Assembly: GCA_002633005.1 (NCBI GenBank)
Contig: NMRA01000184.1
Location: 313,255-377,254, forward strand
Reading direction: 5' to 3'
Source of the DNA: Phoronis australis
Lineage: Eukaryota; Animalia; Phoronida
Length of the DNA: 64,000 nucleotides
The stretch's first letter is position 1. Every line of letters begins with the position of its first letter. The position numbers were made by a program, and so were the translations under genes. This document shows, one piece after another, positions 51,661 to 64,000 of the stretch. The notes under the pieces were generated by a model. It did not search any database, was not told the origin of the DNA, and saw only the letters and a program-made list of their open reading frames with translations.

Positions 51661-54600
51661 ATGGGTCAGGATTATTACGGAGTACTCGGTTTATCTAGAA
51701 GTGCAGATGACGATGCAATTAAAAAAGCGTACGTATATCATTTTGGCATCTCTAATTTAGGTTTGGGCTTTGTCATTCATGATGAAGCCCTTCACCTCCT
51801 AATTTGGGCTGAGTTACTCTAACGAGGCTTGAGCAGTTGAGTTTTGACTTAGATTCTATTTCTGGCACCCTATTTCTTGGATCAGTTTTTATCAACTTTA
51901 TGGCATACTTGTGTGTGTGGTAACTTCATGGATTTTACTTATTTTTCTGACATTGATATCGGTGTCAAAGACATTTTTAAAAGTCCTTTTAAGTTTTTAA
52001 AAAGACTAAACCAAGTCATGCTCTATTGTTTAGTTTCATGGATCATGAATGCTACTAGTATAGTGCTTATCTCTGCAATAAATTTGTTTAAACAAATTCT
52101 CTATAATTATAGTTGAGAATATCTTGTACAAATTCCGCGATATAATAAGAATATTCCCTGTAATTTCAGTTATAGGAAGTTATCTCTGAAATATCACCCA
52201 GACAAAAACCCTGGTGACCATTTGGCCAATGAGAAGTTCAAGTCTGTATCAGAAGCCTATGATGTGCTGAGTGATCGTAAGTATCTAATGTGCAGATGTT
52301 TTTAAGTAGTAAAAGGCAACATATGAGGAAGCTATCTTCACAAACCCTATCAAGATTCTTTCGAACATAACTGTCAAAGCTGTTATTTTCAATTTCTGCA
52401 AAAGTTCAAGGTATTGTTAAAAATCTTAGAATTTCAATACCTGTTGTGTGCTAATGAGCAAATTGAATTTTGTATCTATGAATTTTTGTTGATTGAGGAA
52501 TTTTACTAATGTATGGTTTCCCTTTTTTGCCTTCAGTATTGCACTCTAAATTGGACAAGTTTACCTGTAAATCTGTCAAAGATATATACATGTCTCATTA
52601 TTGTATAACAGATCAGTGGTTTTGTTGATCTGTTTTGAATATCAAAATACAAGCGCCCATATCTTTATCTCTATTTCTAGCCAGAAAACGTGCCACTTAC
52701 GACCAATTTGGGGAGGAAGGACTAAAGAATGGTGTTCCTGAGGGAAAGACAGCCAGTGGGGCCTGGACCCAAGGATACACGTTTCACGGGAATGCAGATA
52801 AAGTATTCAGGGACTTCTTTGGTGGCAAAAACCCTTATCAAGGTATGTTGTTGTTAAAGATGCTCCAATGTACTTTTGATTCAGACCTTGACCTTGTACC
52901 ACTGTAAAACTCGTCTTAACTTGTTATGCAGATGAGAAGTGAAGTGACACCTTGTGTCAATTTGTTGAGTTTGTTCTGAAGCAACAAACTGTCAGTTCTT
53001 TCCAAACCAGAACTACATTCTAATTTGACTAAGCAGTGAGTTGAGACTTTGTAACTGCAAGTGGCCCGGATCATACAGAAGTGTTTGGACAGATGACGGG
53101 TTTGTAGTTATAGGTTGAAACAAAACATTACCATGTTACTGGTTTGAAGTAACATAGGTTTTAAGAATTCTTTGTCATGTCTTTTAGTGGGGATTTTGTA
53201 GCATTGTTCAAACAACACTTTAATAATAAAACATAACTTCTTATTTTTAAGGAAAATTTGTTTTGTTAATTTTTTTCATTTAATTTTTCATGGTTCTCTG
53301 CTTTGTAGTTTACGAAGTTGTTCAATTAATCACGTCCTTTTGTTTTACAGTGTTTAACTATACTTTCCTTTAAAAGTCAGTTTTTAAACATTTTAGCTCT
53401 TTTATCTACCACTTTAACAAAATCATGCATTCACTCCACAGAATTCTTTGATCGGGTCGATGGTGACATGAGCATGGGTTTTGGTGGACTGGATGGACGA
53501 GGTCGCAAGAAGCAGGACCCCTGCATAGAAAGAGACTTAGCCCTGTCACTAGAAGAAGTGTTCCATGGATGCACGAAGAAGATGAAGATATCCAGGAGGG
53601 TGATGAATGAAGACGGGCACACATCCAGTATCAGGGACAAAATTCTAACAATCACGGTGAAGAAAGGCTGGAGACCAGGCACACGAATTACATTCCCTGA
53701 AGAAGGAGATCAAGGACCTAATAATGTACCAGGTTCGAGAGTTGATTATTGCGGCAACATGAATTCTGGGAATTTTGCCTACGATGCTGTTGTTGTTATC
53801 AAAATGCATTATGGTATAGTTTTTGGCTCGTAAACGTCCGGTGACAATAGAAAACAACAGTTGTGACTTGAGCGCACCCCTATTGATAGCACGGGTCCAC
53901 TTTTTGGTGAGAGTATTTCTCAACAATCATGTAAAATAAAAAATTGAATTGAGATACAAATACATCGAATGAATACGTAAACTTTTAGCAGCTCTTGTCC
54001 GAAAGATTCCCATGGCATGCATCATTCGATCCCGCTGAAATACTTAATCACCTAAAATACCAGGCCTGTGTTGCAAAGCACACGAGCATACTAGCTTTAC
54101 TAACTAAATTGTTGCATCTCTGCAATGCAGTCCAGGTTTACACACTTCTTCTAGTTATCAGTTATGTCAGCGGATGTTTAAGCACTGAAAACCATCCCAC
54201 AATGCATTTGAATAATGACCATCAGCACCACTTGTCAGAGAGTTTTGCTTCAGTTGAAATCCTCCTATCAGGGGAGAGATCCAGGATTTTTAAAATGGGG
54301 TGTCAGGTCAAGGATGTTTTAAAAAGGGGGCTCCAAGTCAACAATTTGAAAATTCTAGATTTGATATCACTAAAATTAAGGGGAAAAAGGGGGATCCAGA
54401 CACCTTGACCACCCCCCTCCCTGGATCCGTCTGTGCCTTTTTAATTGATGCATATAGTGTGCCCTTCAAAGGTGCAAAATGTTTTCAGCTTCAATTAAAG
54501 TTTTAATTTTTCAAATATTTTGACTTTTTCATATCTTAATGATTGTACATATAGAGTCAGTCATGAATATTGTATTCCACTGAGAATTGAAATATCACAA

Positions 54601-55728
54601 AAACAGCTTTTTATGAGCTTGATCGCGTACATAGTTCAGCCATGAAAAACACTGGAAATTTGACAGTAAATGATTATTGAGGCTCAAAATTTTAGAACTT
54701 CAAATAAGATGAACAGTTTTGAGACAGTTTAAAATGGTACCAAAAACATGGCTTTTTATGAGCTCCACTGAGACGTAGTACAGTCAATGCAAAACTAGAA
54801 AATCCATCTTATTTTAGAGCTTGACAAACCAATTCCAAATCACCATTTCAGTATGTGTATCCTAACTTAACTGTCACGATTGTTGTGTACCTTAGTTATG
54901 ATTTTCTCAAAATATCTCAAAGATCAAGTTTACAACTAATGCATTATCGTAATTGGATATCATTACTGGATGCTACGAGAGAATGCCATTTTAATAGTCT
55001 ACTATGTCTTGCGTTACAGCTGACATTGTGTTCATTGTCAAGGATAAGCCCCACCCCAGGTTCAGGAGAGAAGGCACCAATCTGATATACACAGCTAAAA
55101 TCCCACTCGGCAAGGCACTGACAGGCTGTACAATAGAGGTGGTGACACTGGATGAGAGGAAACTACACATACCTATTAACGACATTGTCAGGTGAGAGCG
55201 TGATGGGATGACCATCAGTGCTAAAAACATAGTCCGGATATTACGTTGTTTTTCATTTGTTTGCTAATTTATGTTTCATCCAAATTACTAATGTTGTCTT
55301 ATGCAAATTCCAAAAAAAATTTAGCGAAGGAAAAATTCATTTGAATGAAATCTTGTGAATTACCTGTCCAACTGATGACATACATTTCTGTCAAGTACAT
55401 GCTGTGCAAAAACGATTAGGCAATTGCTTTGTGAAATTCTGAAATCTTGAATACCATTATTTGGAAACTCATTTTGCATTCTTTAAAATTACATCTCCTT
55501 TGCGTCAGTTTTGATAGAATGTCTTACAAGATTTTTCCTTTCTGCAATATGAACTTACTTATTCTTCCTTTCAGTCACGGATACACAAAGACAGTCCCCA
55601 AAGAGGGCATGCCGCTTACACAAGATCCTTCAGAAAAAGGAGATTTAATAATTGAGTTCAACATCGAGTTCCCTACATCACTTACTCCAGAGAAGAAAGA
55701 TCTCATCAGAAAAGCTCTTCTTCAATAA
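51661..55728 (+). CDS. DNAJB13: DnaJ homolog subfamily B member 13 (radial-spoke HSP40, RSP16-like), 317 aa
   Basis: Exons 51661-51728, 52170-52276, 52681-52842, 53442-53732, 55020-55191, 55575-55728 (954 nt, all GT-AG, phases consistent). J domain [11 protein letters not shown]...KYHPDK...[10 protein letters not shown], then [25 protein letters not shown] and [11 protein letters not shown]...[35 protein letters not shown], which are characteristic of DNAJB13. Confidence 0.93.
54269..54435. mobile_element. Short MITE related to the 10402 element, in DNAJB13 intron 4
   Basis: caggggagagatccaggatttt ... ctggatccgtctgtg; flanks cctat and ccttt (4/5 match). Confidence 0.55.
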
Positions 55729-57593
55729 GCTCTACATATAAAAACTGTAATATTTGTTCAAGGACTTATCAGCTGGATGACGATTTTCTGAGATTTTTCA
55801 ACAGACTGGTAATCCTAAATGAGACAAAATTGTTTTCAACTCACACTTGGTGTCTAATATTGACGTCATACTTTTGTAATTTTACTCAAAATAGCCACAT
55901 TCTCCAAACTGTAGGTCAAAGTTTGAATGAATAATATTTTCTCTTCGTCTTAAAGGATTCTAAAGATAATGTTATGTTTATTTGACCATTGCGCAGTGGG
56001 CAATTCTATGGTGGCATTATAAAACCAGTCATGAAAAAATATTTTTGTACAAAATTTTGTAGAATCATACAAATGTGAAATCTGTGGTACCATATTTCAT
56101 GTCTTGTTGTAAATAATATGTGTAAATACATACTTGTTGAGAAATGTGTTTAGGTTTGTTTTCTTTTTGAAAAAAACATACATGTGGAGGTATTGAGTTG
56201 TCTCCTATTTGCTAATGTGCCAGTTACAAAACCCACACATGTAGATGCTATTATAAGGGCCCAGAAATTGTTCTTGAAAGTCCTTGAAATAACTGCCGTT
56301 AAGACAAAACTGTGTCCATACACTGAAAAGGGTGACCATGGAAAATGGAAAAAATAATCCGGTGTACTGAGAAGCCAGTTATATGTTGGACATCTGTAAT
56401 GAAGGAAGCATTTTAAAAATGCATTTCGTCCTGTTTAGTTGACTAAAAACAAAAATTGAATTGCCTGGGTCTTTTACTCTCAAATAACCAATCTCGTAAT
56501 ATTCCTTACAGTAAAGGGGTTTTTATTTCCTTCACATACTTACCAACAAGAACAATGAAACCATTAGAAACTCAAACAACACTACAGAGTTTACTGAGTT
56601 AGCCAACCCTAAAACTGGAAATTCAGAAAGGCGCACATGGGCATCACCTGTGACCTGAGATCCCGGTTCATGTGACATGAACTCGAGACAGTACTGAGTG
56701 TAGTTATGATTTTTGAAAACCCCAGAGCTTTGGTTAAGAATTGAACATTGACAGCAGTGACATTCAGCTTTAATGGTGAATATGGTTAATCCAACGCATT
56801 TCTGTCTTTTCGCATACAAAAGATGAGAGATGTTAAACTTTCAAAGTTGGTTGTCAGTACCATAAAATTGAAATCGGTGCAAATTTATGTGGGGAGATGT
56901 CGCAGCAGCACATATTTTATTTACATAGTGAACATTAGATGTTCACCTCACATCTTAGAAATTGAAAACTGCAAAAGAAATGGTATTCCCTGAAGTGAAT
57001 CATTTGTAACACAGAAGAGATTGTTACATTGACCACTACTGGCAGATTTAATAGATTCATACCATGCTGCCATTGCCCATCTCTTTAACTAGAGAACAGC
57101 AAACAGGGTAATGACGATCAGAAATGAAATATTAAATCTTTAATGGCATGTATAAAGTATGTACCAGTATATAGTATTGTGAACTGTGGGCCTTTTGATC
57201 AAATGAAGTTACATGTTCACACAAAAATAAGCACTTGCATCTGAAAAGTGGTTTTATTTTCAGACTCTGAAGGTGTGTAACCAGTCACATCAGCAACTTG
57301 TGGTGAAAAGAAAATGTGTTCCAAGACTAAGCTGAATTTTTTTCCGAAGCATGAATTAGATTATCACAAGGTCTACCACATACCTTAATAAACCCCAAGC
57401 TCCTTTTCCTTATTCATTCTCCGTAAATCAGTGATCTGAATTACTAGTATCCCAGCTCATCCTTAGCAACCACTGTTAATGGGACAAAAAATAGAAAGTG
57501 TCAGTTGCCACACCCTGATTGGCTGAATGTAATAGCCTTATTGACATAAGGAAATTATTCATTCAACAATGCCTCTTGTATAATATAAAACAT

Positions 57594-57599
57594 TTTATT
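57594..57599 (-). terminator. Candidate polyadenylation signal of Eph (about 1.65-kb 3' UTR)
   Basis: AATAAA on the minus strand at the end of a UTR-like AT-rich stretch after the stop at 59245. Confidence 0.35.
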
Positions 57600-59244
57600 T
57601 ATATTACATAATAATACATGATGATGTTCTATAAAAAGTTTATGATATGGTATATCACACGCCTATAATACAAGTATGTCAAGGCTTTCATACAACACAT
57701 GGCATTTAACATTCCAAATCCTCAAGTTCTGAAGGCAACAACTTGTTAATCTCAATTATGCCTCAACCTGACTCCACTTATAAACTCAAGAAATACAAGT
57801 CAACACAACTGTTGACAATCGTTGCAATTGTTTTAAGTAATTTTACTAGGGTTCTCCGAGACTTCTCTAAATACGAGCTAAAACAATATGTTCTTACTTG
57901 TCATCTCTGAAATAATAGTCAATAAAATTGCAATTTGCGAAATAATGCAGTTAATGACACACAAAGAAACTCGTCAAAAACTCAAGTAGATTGGTCCCAT
58001 CTACATATAAGTAGGCAAATTACAAGGCTTCAAAGTTTGTCAAAGCCAGTCAAACGTTACAGATAAACGACCCTTTGAAACAACTCAATTGTTGAAACAT
58101 GATTAAGGGTAACAGAAAACTATTCTGCGTAACTGGTTTACTGAACCGTCTCCAATTGCAACTTCTGAATCCATGGCTAACATTAATGTTACACATAACC
58201 ACTGCTCTCCAAGAAGATAACCTGGTTTTGTCAATTACAAAATCACATCTTTAACAGGGATATGTATTTCGTTAAGTATTTATAATCCACTGATTACGAA
58301 TATTCACAGTGTCAACTATACAACAAAATTTACTTGAGTATTAACATTTCATGTTATATATCCTCTGTTTCTGCGATGACCAAGTTTTTTCGTGAGAAGA
58401 AAACAGGAAACATGAAGCCTTCACTCAGAATTACAGAAATAAAAACAATGAACGGATTGATAAAACATTAAAACAAATAGGACTCAGTATATAATAAGAC
58501 TAGAGTGTCTCATTTAACCAAGACTTAAAGACATATGAGTAACCAAGACATTTTAAGGGGTTTATTTCAAATAATAAAATGACAAGCTTAACACAATCAG
58601 CTGCTTCCACCTTCTAAGACTGTGAATACAACATAAGAATGGACTGACCACAGATATACAACAAAAACATGGCCATCAACAGAGTTAAAAGAACTTTCAT
58701 TTTGTACAGTTTATAGTGCAAAGCACAATTGGCAAAAAATGAGCGCCATCTCTGAAGTACTGTAAATGGTCAAATGCTCACCACTTAGGTGGACAAACAT
58801 GAGAGCATTCAAAGTAATTCAGAGACAATTACACACATATACAGAATATTTACACAGGTGATCGATCGCTCATTGCATAGAGAAATCCACAAGTACACAC
58901 TTGCACATGATTGTCGATTACTGTTTCGTTGTCGACAACAAGATACGACATTATTGCAATAGCAACCATCTCATGGCTGAACAACAAAGATGGGCAACAT
59001 GAGCTGACAGAGACATCTTGTGGTGATGAAGAATACTACGCGTCCTTTTCAAACACTGAATGTAACACATTTCCACTTGGCATTTCTGATATGAATTGAC
59101 CTCAACACTTGCTTGGCTCATCACATCCTGTCAGGAGACTCCCCGACGATGCACCGTGATAGAGACATTTCTTCTTGACGATATGTAAAAATAAATTAAC
59201 AATATATACACGCTGTCATCATCAACAGTGAGCCAACCTGGCGG

Positions 59245-62200
59245 CTACACGAGGAAGCCAGCAGAGACCTGAGCACCGTCTAGTTGTGCACGCAACCGTT
59301 GCACACTGTTCATTATCTTTTTCTGATGTCCGACTAGCGTGATACCGAGACTAATCAAATCCTTCATTGTGATTCGTGACACCTGCTCCATGGAATGATA
59401 GTCAGCGGCTAGGAAACTGTCTATGTAACGCTCCATCTTGACGGATATAAGCCATTCCTCTACACTTGAGAACATGGTCATGTCTGGCATGGACGGGTCC
59501 AGAATGTTCTGGGCACTGCAACAGAGGCAGAAGTTGGTGAGGACACCTGCATAGCGCACGGGTTTAGAAATTGGGCCCTGCATTTTTAATATCGAGTTTA
59601 CATTCAGCCTTACACCACGTATGAGTGCTAGATCCTTTTGTAGCAACAGAATGTTTGACAACACTTACTATTGAACGAATCAAATTCTAAAATTGTCCTA
59701 CAAAATGGTATTGTCAATCAAGAGGATAATTTGTAGCAAAAATTAGAAAAATACGATATGGAACTGTGATTCACTGACATTAAGACTTAGTAATATAAAC
59801 GTTTTGATAATTACAAGAATCATACAAATAACACTAGTGTGTGCACTCAACCACCTGGGGATCAGGGGCACGTTTTATCAAAGGTTTCAAATGTGGTCTC
59901 AGCCAAGAATATTGAACTTACTTGTACTTGGCTCATTAACATGGCTTGTGATGACCATTGTTAAGTCTGATTTTACAAAATAAAGAACTTTCATCAGTTG
60001 CAACATTTTCACTCTTCCAAAAAGGCAGCGTTGTTCATGTTTTCAATAACGTGCTTACCATCCTCTCAGCTATGATTGGACTTACAACCTTTGACAATAT
60101 GGCTCCCTGGTTTCTATTGGTTTAAGCTGAAATATCCTTTGAGAATTGGTCAAGTGAAAATAGTACCTTGGTTTGGCGATTTTTCTAAGGAGTTCTGGTG
60201 CACGGATGAGTTTGTCTAGAGTCTTTACAATAGACACAAACTTGGGTCTTTGTCCCCGCTCCTTGGCCCAACAGTCGAGCATCAGCTGATGTAGCGCCTC
60301 TGCACAGTCCTGCATAAAAACACATCATGAACCAACACCATAACGTAAATAATACAATAAAATGAAAAGCAACTTGCTTAAAAAATACAATAATACAAAA
60401 ATTATTACTGTTGAAGGCACAATTCACAAAAATACATGCACATAATTTAATAGTTTTCGAAGCTGAAACTATTCGGAAGACCATAACTTGAACTTGAACT
60501 CTCATTCATGAATTCATTATGGCGTAATTGCAAATAATTTTGAAATTTTCAAGTTGAATTTTGTCAAAGGATAGGTAAGATATTATCCAACACCATATTA
60601 AACCACCTCAATAGTGCTAGAGTCCACAACACGAAAAGTGATCAATGAATGCAGAGAGCAAACTGACAAGTTATATTTACCACGTTATGGTTATTAAGCA
60701 TGAACAGACAAAATGAGATCCAGACTGAGATCCTTGACACTATTAAAGTCCACCTTTCACATAATGCACAATCAAACCCACTGTTGACTCACCATAGGGG
60801 GTGGTAACCTGTACCCCTTATCTACAGCCTTGATCACATCCTGGTTCGACCAGTTCCAATATGGCCGCTCACCGTACGCCATCACTTCCCACATGACCAC
60901 GCCGTAGCTCCAAACGTCTGATGCTGATGTGAACTTCCTGTAAGCAATGGCCTCGGGTGCTGTCCACCTGACTGGGATCTTGCCCCCCTTGGTGGTGTAT
61001 GCCCCCTCTGATGTGTCGACCTCGATCTCACGGCTCAGGCCAAAGTCGGCCACCTTGCAGACTAGCGTGTCGTTAACGAGGATGTTACGAGCTGCCAAAT
61101 CCTGAAATGAAAGGATGGAGTGTTAAGGGGCTCGTCTGTCGACTACCAAACCGCAATAACTTAGTGACTTAAAAATCTAACTACTGCTTAACAGAAGTTC
61201 AATAAATATTTTGAAATTTGCAATAGTAAAATAATCAAGATTGTCATTGGTTAAAACGATTGATATTCACAATTTGCATGTTTATGTTTGTGTTTCATCT
61301 AGCCAAATATAACAGTGGCATATTTTATATGAGCTATGAACCATTTATCATCACTGCACTGGAACATAACAAGAACCAATTATCATGCAAATCTTGAATG
61401 CGACATACAAGACATACGTGCTTTAGAAACATACCCTGTGGACGTATCCCATCTCTGACAGATATCTCATACCACAGGCGATGCCTCTCATCATACCAAC
61501 CAGCTGTATCACAGTGAATTTACCATCATTAGCCTGTGAAACAGAAATGGTCAATCATAAATATTTAATTTACAGTAAGCTGATCAACTTCCTGTAAGTG
61601 AGAGATAACTGTAGTTTTATGTATTCCTGGAACTCCTCATGTGCTGTTACAGTTCAAATCACACTGAGTGCATCAGTGGCGAGTTAAAAATGGCCTTAAA
61701 GTGAGATAATAAGAATGAAGTAGACTTTTAAGCTAAAAATAACACCAATGAGCTCTATTCACACTCGTTGCCATAAAAAATAGGAAATGTTAACTTACTT
61801 AACTACTAAGGATCACAAAATAAATCCAAACATTCGACACCCGCCATTGCACAAAACAGATGTCCCAAGGGAATAGACATATTACCTAAACACTGCTCAA
61901 TACAACTTTAACAGCAGTAGCCACGATATTTTTTTGAAACAGGACATTTCGTGCTGAATTTAACAATGGAAAAGCTCAGTCACGATTGATAATTAGCAAC
62001 AACTGTCTTTCCCCTTGCTTTTTGTGACAGCTAATACAAAAGTCTTTTCTCACAACAAACCAGCTTTTATCCAACTTTCCTAGACTTTCAATATATTCAA
62101 ACTACTTGCAGTGATACTCGAGAGATAGAATCACAGTTTAGGTGAGCCTACCCTGAGGAAAGCGTCCAGTGAACCATTCTCCATATACTCCGTAACAATC

Positions 62201-63153
62201 ATGATGGGATTTGTCTTGGTAACCACGCCTTCCAGGTAGATCACATTGTTGTTGTCAAACTGACCCATGATGCTCGCCTCGGTCAAGAAGTCCAGTCGGT
62301 TTTTCTCAGACGCACCAGGCTTCAGGGTCTTGATAGCCACGGTCATCTCACCCTTGCCGGGCACACGGAACTTGCCTTTACAGACATCACCGAATTCACC
62401 TGAATTCGGGAAGAAAACGAGATATTAAGGGCATCCATGACAACAAAACAGTTCCTGCCCACCATCTTTTGCAGCTGCAGTGTTAAAATCTCAAATCGAC
62501 ACATAGCAGTCACACAGTGACTAATTTGATAAACTTGACTACACCAGAAGAGTATTGTTTTGTACAATCTCTAACTGAGCTGTCTGTTGAGACACAATAC
62601 AAAACCCAAGTAACGTGATCTAGCACAATACAACGAGAAACTGTTTTTTGTCCACACAGCAACCTAAAAAGTAAGAACATGGACCATGGTGGTTTTCATA
62701 CAGCGTGGCCCACACATGGTAGTAGTACAGGGAGACCCAAAAATATAACCCTCCAAAAGTTTGGTTTAAGTTCTGAATTCTAAAATTTTTGGAAAGAAAA
62801 AAATTCAAAGCAAACTGACTTTTATGCATGAAATTTCTGGAAAGGTCATCCATAGACTGATGTATAAGTTTATCAAATTTTACGAGTTCAATTTTTCTGG
62901 GTCATCTTTGATTTTAGGTTGTAACTTCAGTATAACCAGAAGACAATTCTCAATTCTTCCAATTCTTCCAATGCCCAAAACGCCATCAATCAAACTAAAT
63001 TCAACATACCTCCGCCAATTACGGATTCGATTGTGATGAGCGAGGAGTCTATTTCCTTGGTAAATTCACGGACTGCTTGCTGTGGGTCTTCGTAGGTGTG
63101 CGGGTCGATGTATGTACGGACAGCACCAGGAGGCGTGAACAGTGGAACAGTGA
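59245..63153 (-). CDS. Eph: Eph receptor tyrosine kinase, 3' part (juxtamembrane, kinase, SAM, PDZ-binding tail); 5' exons lie beyond the window
   Basis: Exons 63010-63153, 62152-62399, 61435-61533, 60793-61101, 60167-60309, 59245-59515. Juxtamembrane [19 protein letters not shown] loop, [39 protein letters not shown] domain (SVEEWL...[15 protein letters not shown]) and C-terminal AGFLV. Confidence 0.95.
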
Positions 63154-64000
63154 CTGTAACACGGGGGAGACTCATGTCAAGTCACGACACGTGCGCAGCA
63201 ATAATAACAATGTAGTCACCGACCAGTTTGCCAATGTGTAGAATAAGCTCATTAACTACTCCATTAATTATAGTGGATAATGCTCAAGACAAAACCTCAA
63301 GTTCAACAAAGTTAACAAAGATAAGTTTTATTTAATTTTCTTAAGTGATTTGGAATTCATTGCAACTTAAGGAAAAAATCTTGTGATAACGTTAAGCTGT
63401 AAAAATGAAAACGAAAGACCACATAAACTTTTGAACCAATTCAAGTGGTAAAAAAGAACAGTATGAGTTTTCACATGTTAAACAAACGGCAAAAAAATTA
63501 TCTCCAACACCAACACATCTAATCAGCAAGCATGTTAATTTGGGTTCACTCCTTGTTAAGAGCACAAACTGGGAATTGGAAACAAAATCAAAGTGAAACC
63601 ATACTCAGCACATTGACAAACTGAATACAGCAATGAAAGGATGGGGGGGCGGCTAGTTAAGAGTCATTTTAACTAAGGACAATGGATAACAAATGACAGC
63701 AATATCCTCTATAAGGTGACAGTCTTTACAAGGTCTAGTTCTAAACAGTGTAGACACAGACTTGACTGGCCATGACACGTGTGACAATGAACAAAGGTCG
63801 AAGCAACAAGGAAAACAACAACAAGACAAGACACAGAGTCACAATACACTTCAAACAATCCATATGCTTAATTACAACATCGAACAAATACAAAAGAGTA
63901 TTTTTAAGGAAAGTAGTTAGGTCACGAGACGCACCGAGCTGGCAATAGCGGGTAAAAACACTGCCAGGGAACATATGCGCCAGTATATACGTAAAAAAAT

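Noticed and set aside
51779-51815. TGATGAAGCCC...GGGCTGAG hammerhead-like stretch in DNAJB13 intron 1
   Set aside because: Core nucleotides do not match CUGANGA and GAAA.
53995-54408. 137-aa ORF in DNAJB13 intron 4, and similar antisense or intronic ORFs in the track
   Set aside because: Non-ATG start, runs into a MITE and has no protein motifs; other such ORFs are antisense shadows of real exons.

Overview
AT-rich, intron-rich animal genomic DNA, probably a marine bilaterian invertebrate (inference; the species cannot be determined from the sequence alone). I traced three spliced genes by hand, checking splice sites and reading phase. (1) A giant minus-strand CFAP47 orthologue, 51250->3323, about 54 coding exons and about 3330 aa. 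(2) DNAJB13 on the plus strand, 51661->55728, 6 exons, 317 aa, head-to-head with CFAP47 across 410 bp. (3) The 3' half of an Eph receptor tyrosine kinase on the minus strand (juxtamembrane, kinase, SAM and PDZ-binding tail), which starts beyond the right edge. The most interesting extra structure: several frame-preserving microexon and cassette-exon candidates in the long CFAP47 introns (three of exactly 9 nt, plus a Ser-rich exon with a GC donor); a minimal hammerhead ribozyme inside a Penelope-like insertion with an 11-bp target-site duplication (TSD); a ~1.45-kb repeat element whose ~140-bp monomers each carry a co-oriented CTCF-like motif; MITE families with 5- and 6-bp TSDs; and a 17-bp minisatellite made of a splice donor. 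The 767-bp duplication across the N-gap is most likely a haplotype assembly artefact. I see no prokaryotic-type or clearly novel multi-gene system; most short ORFs in the track are exon fragments or noise.
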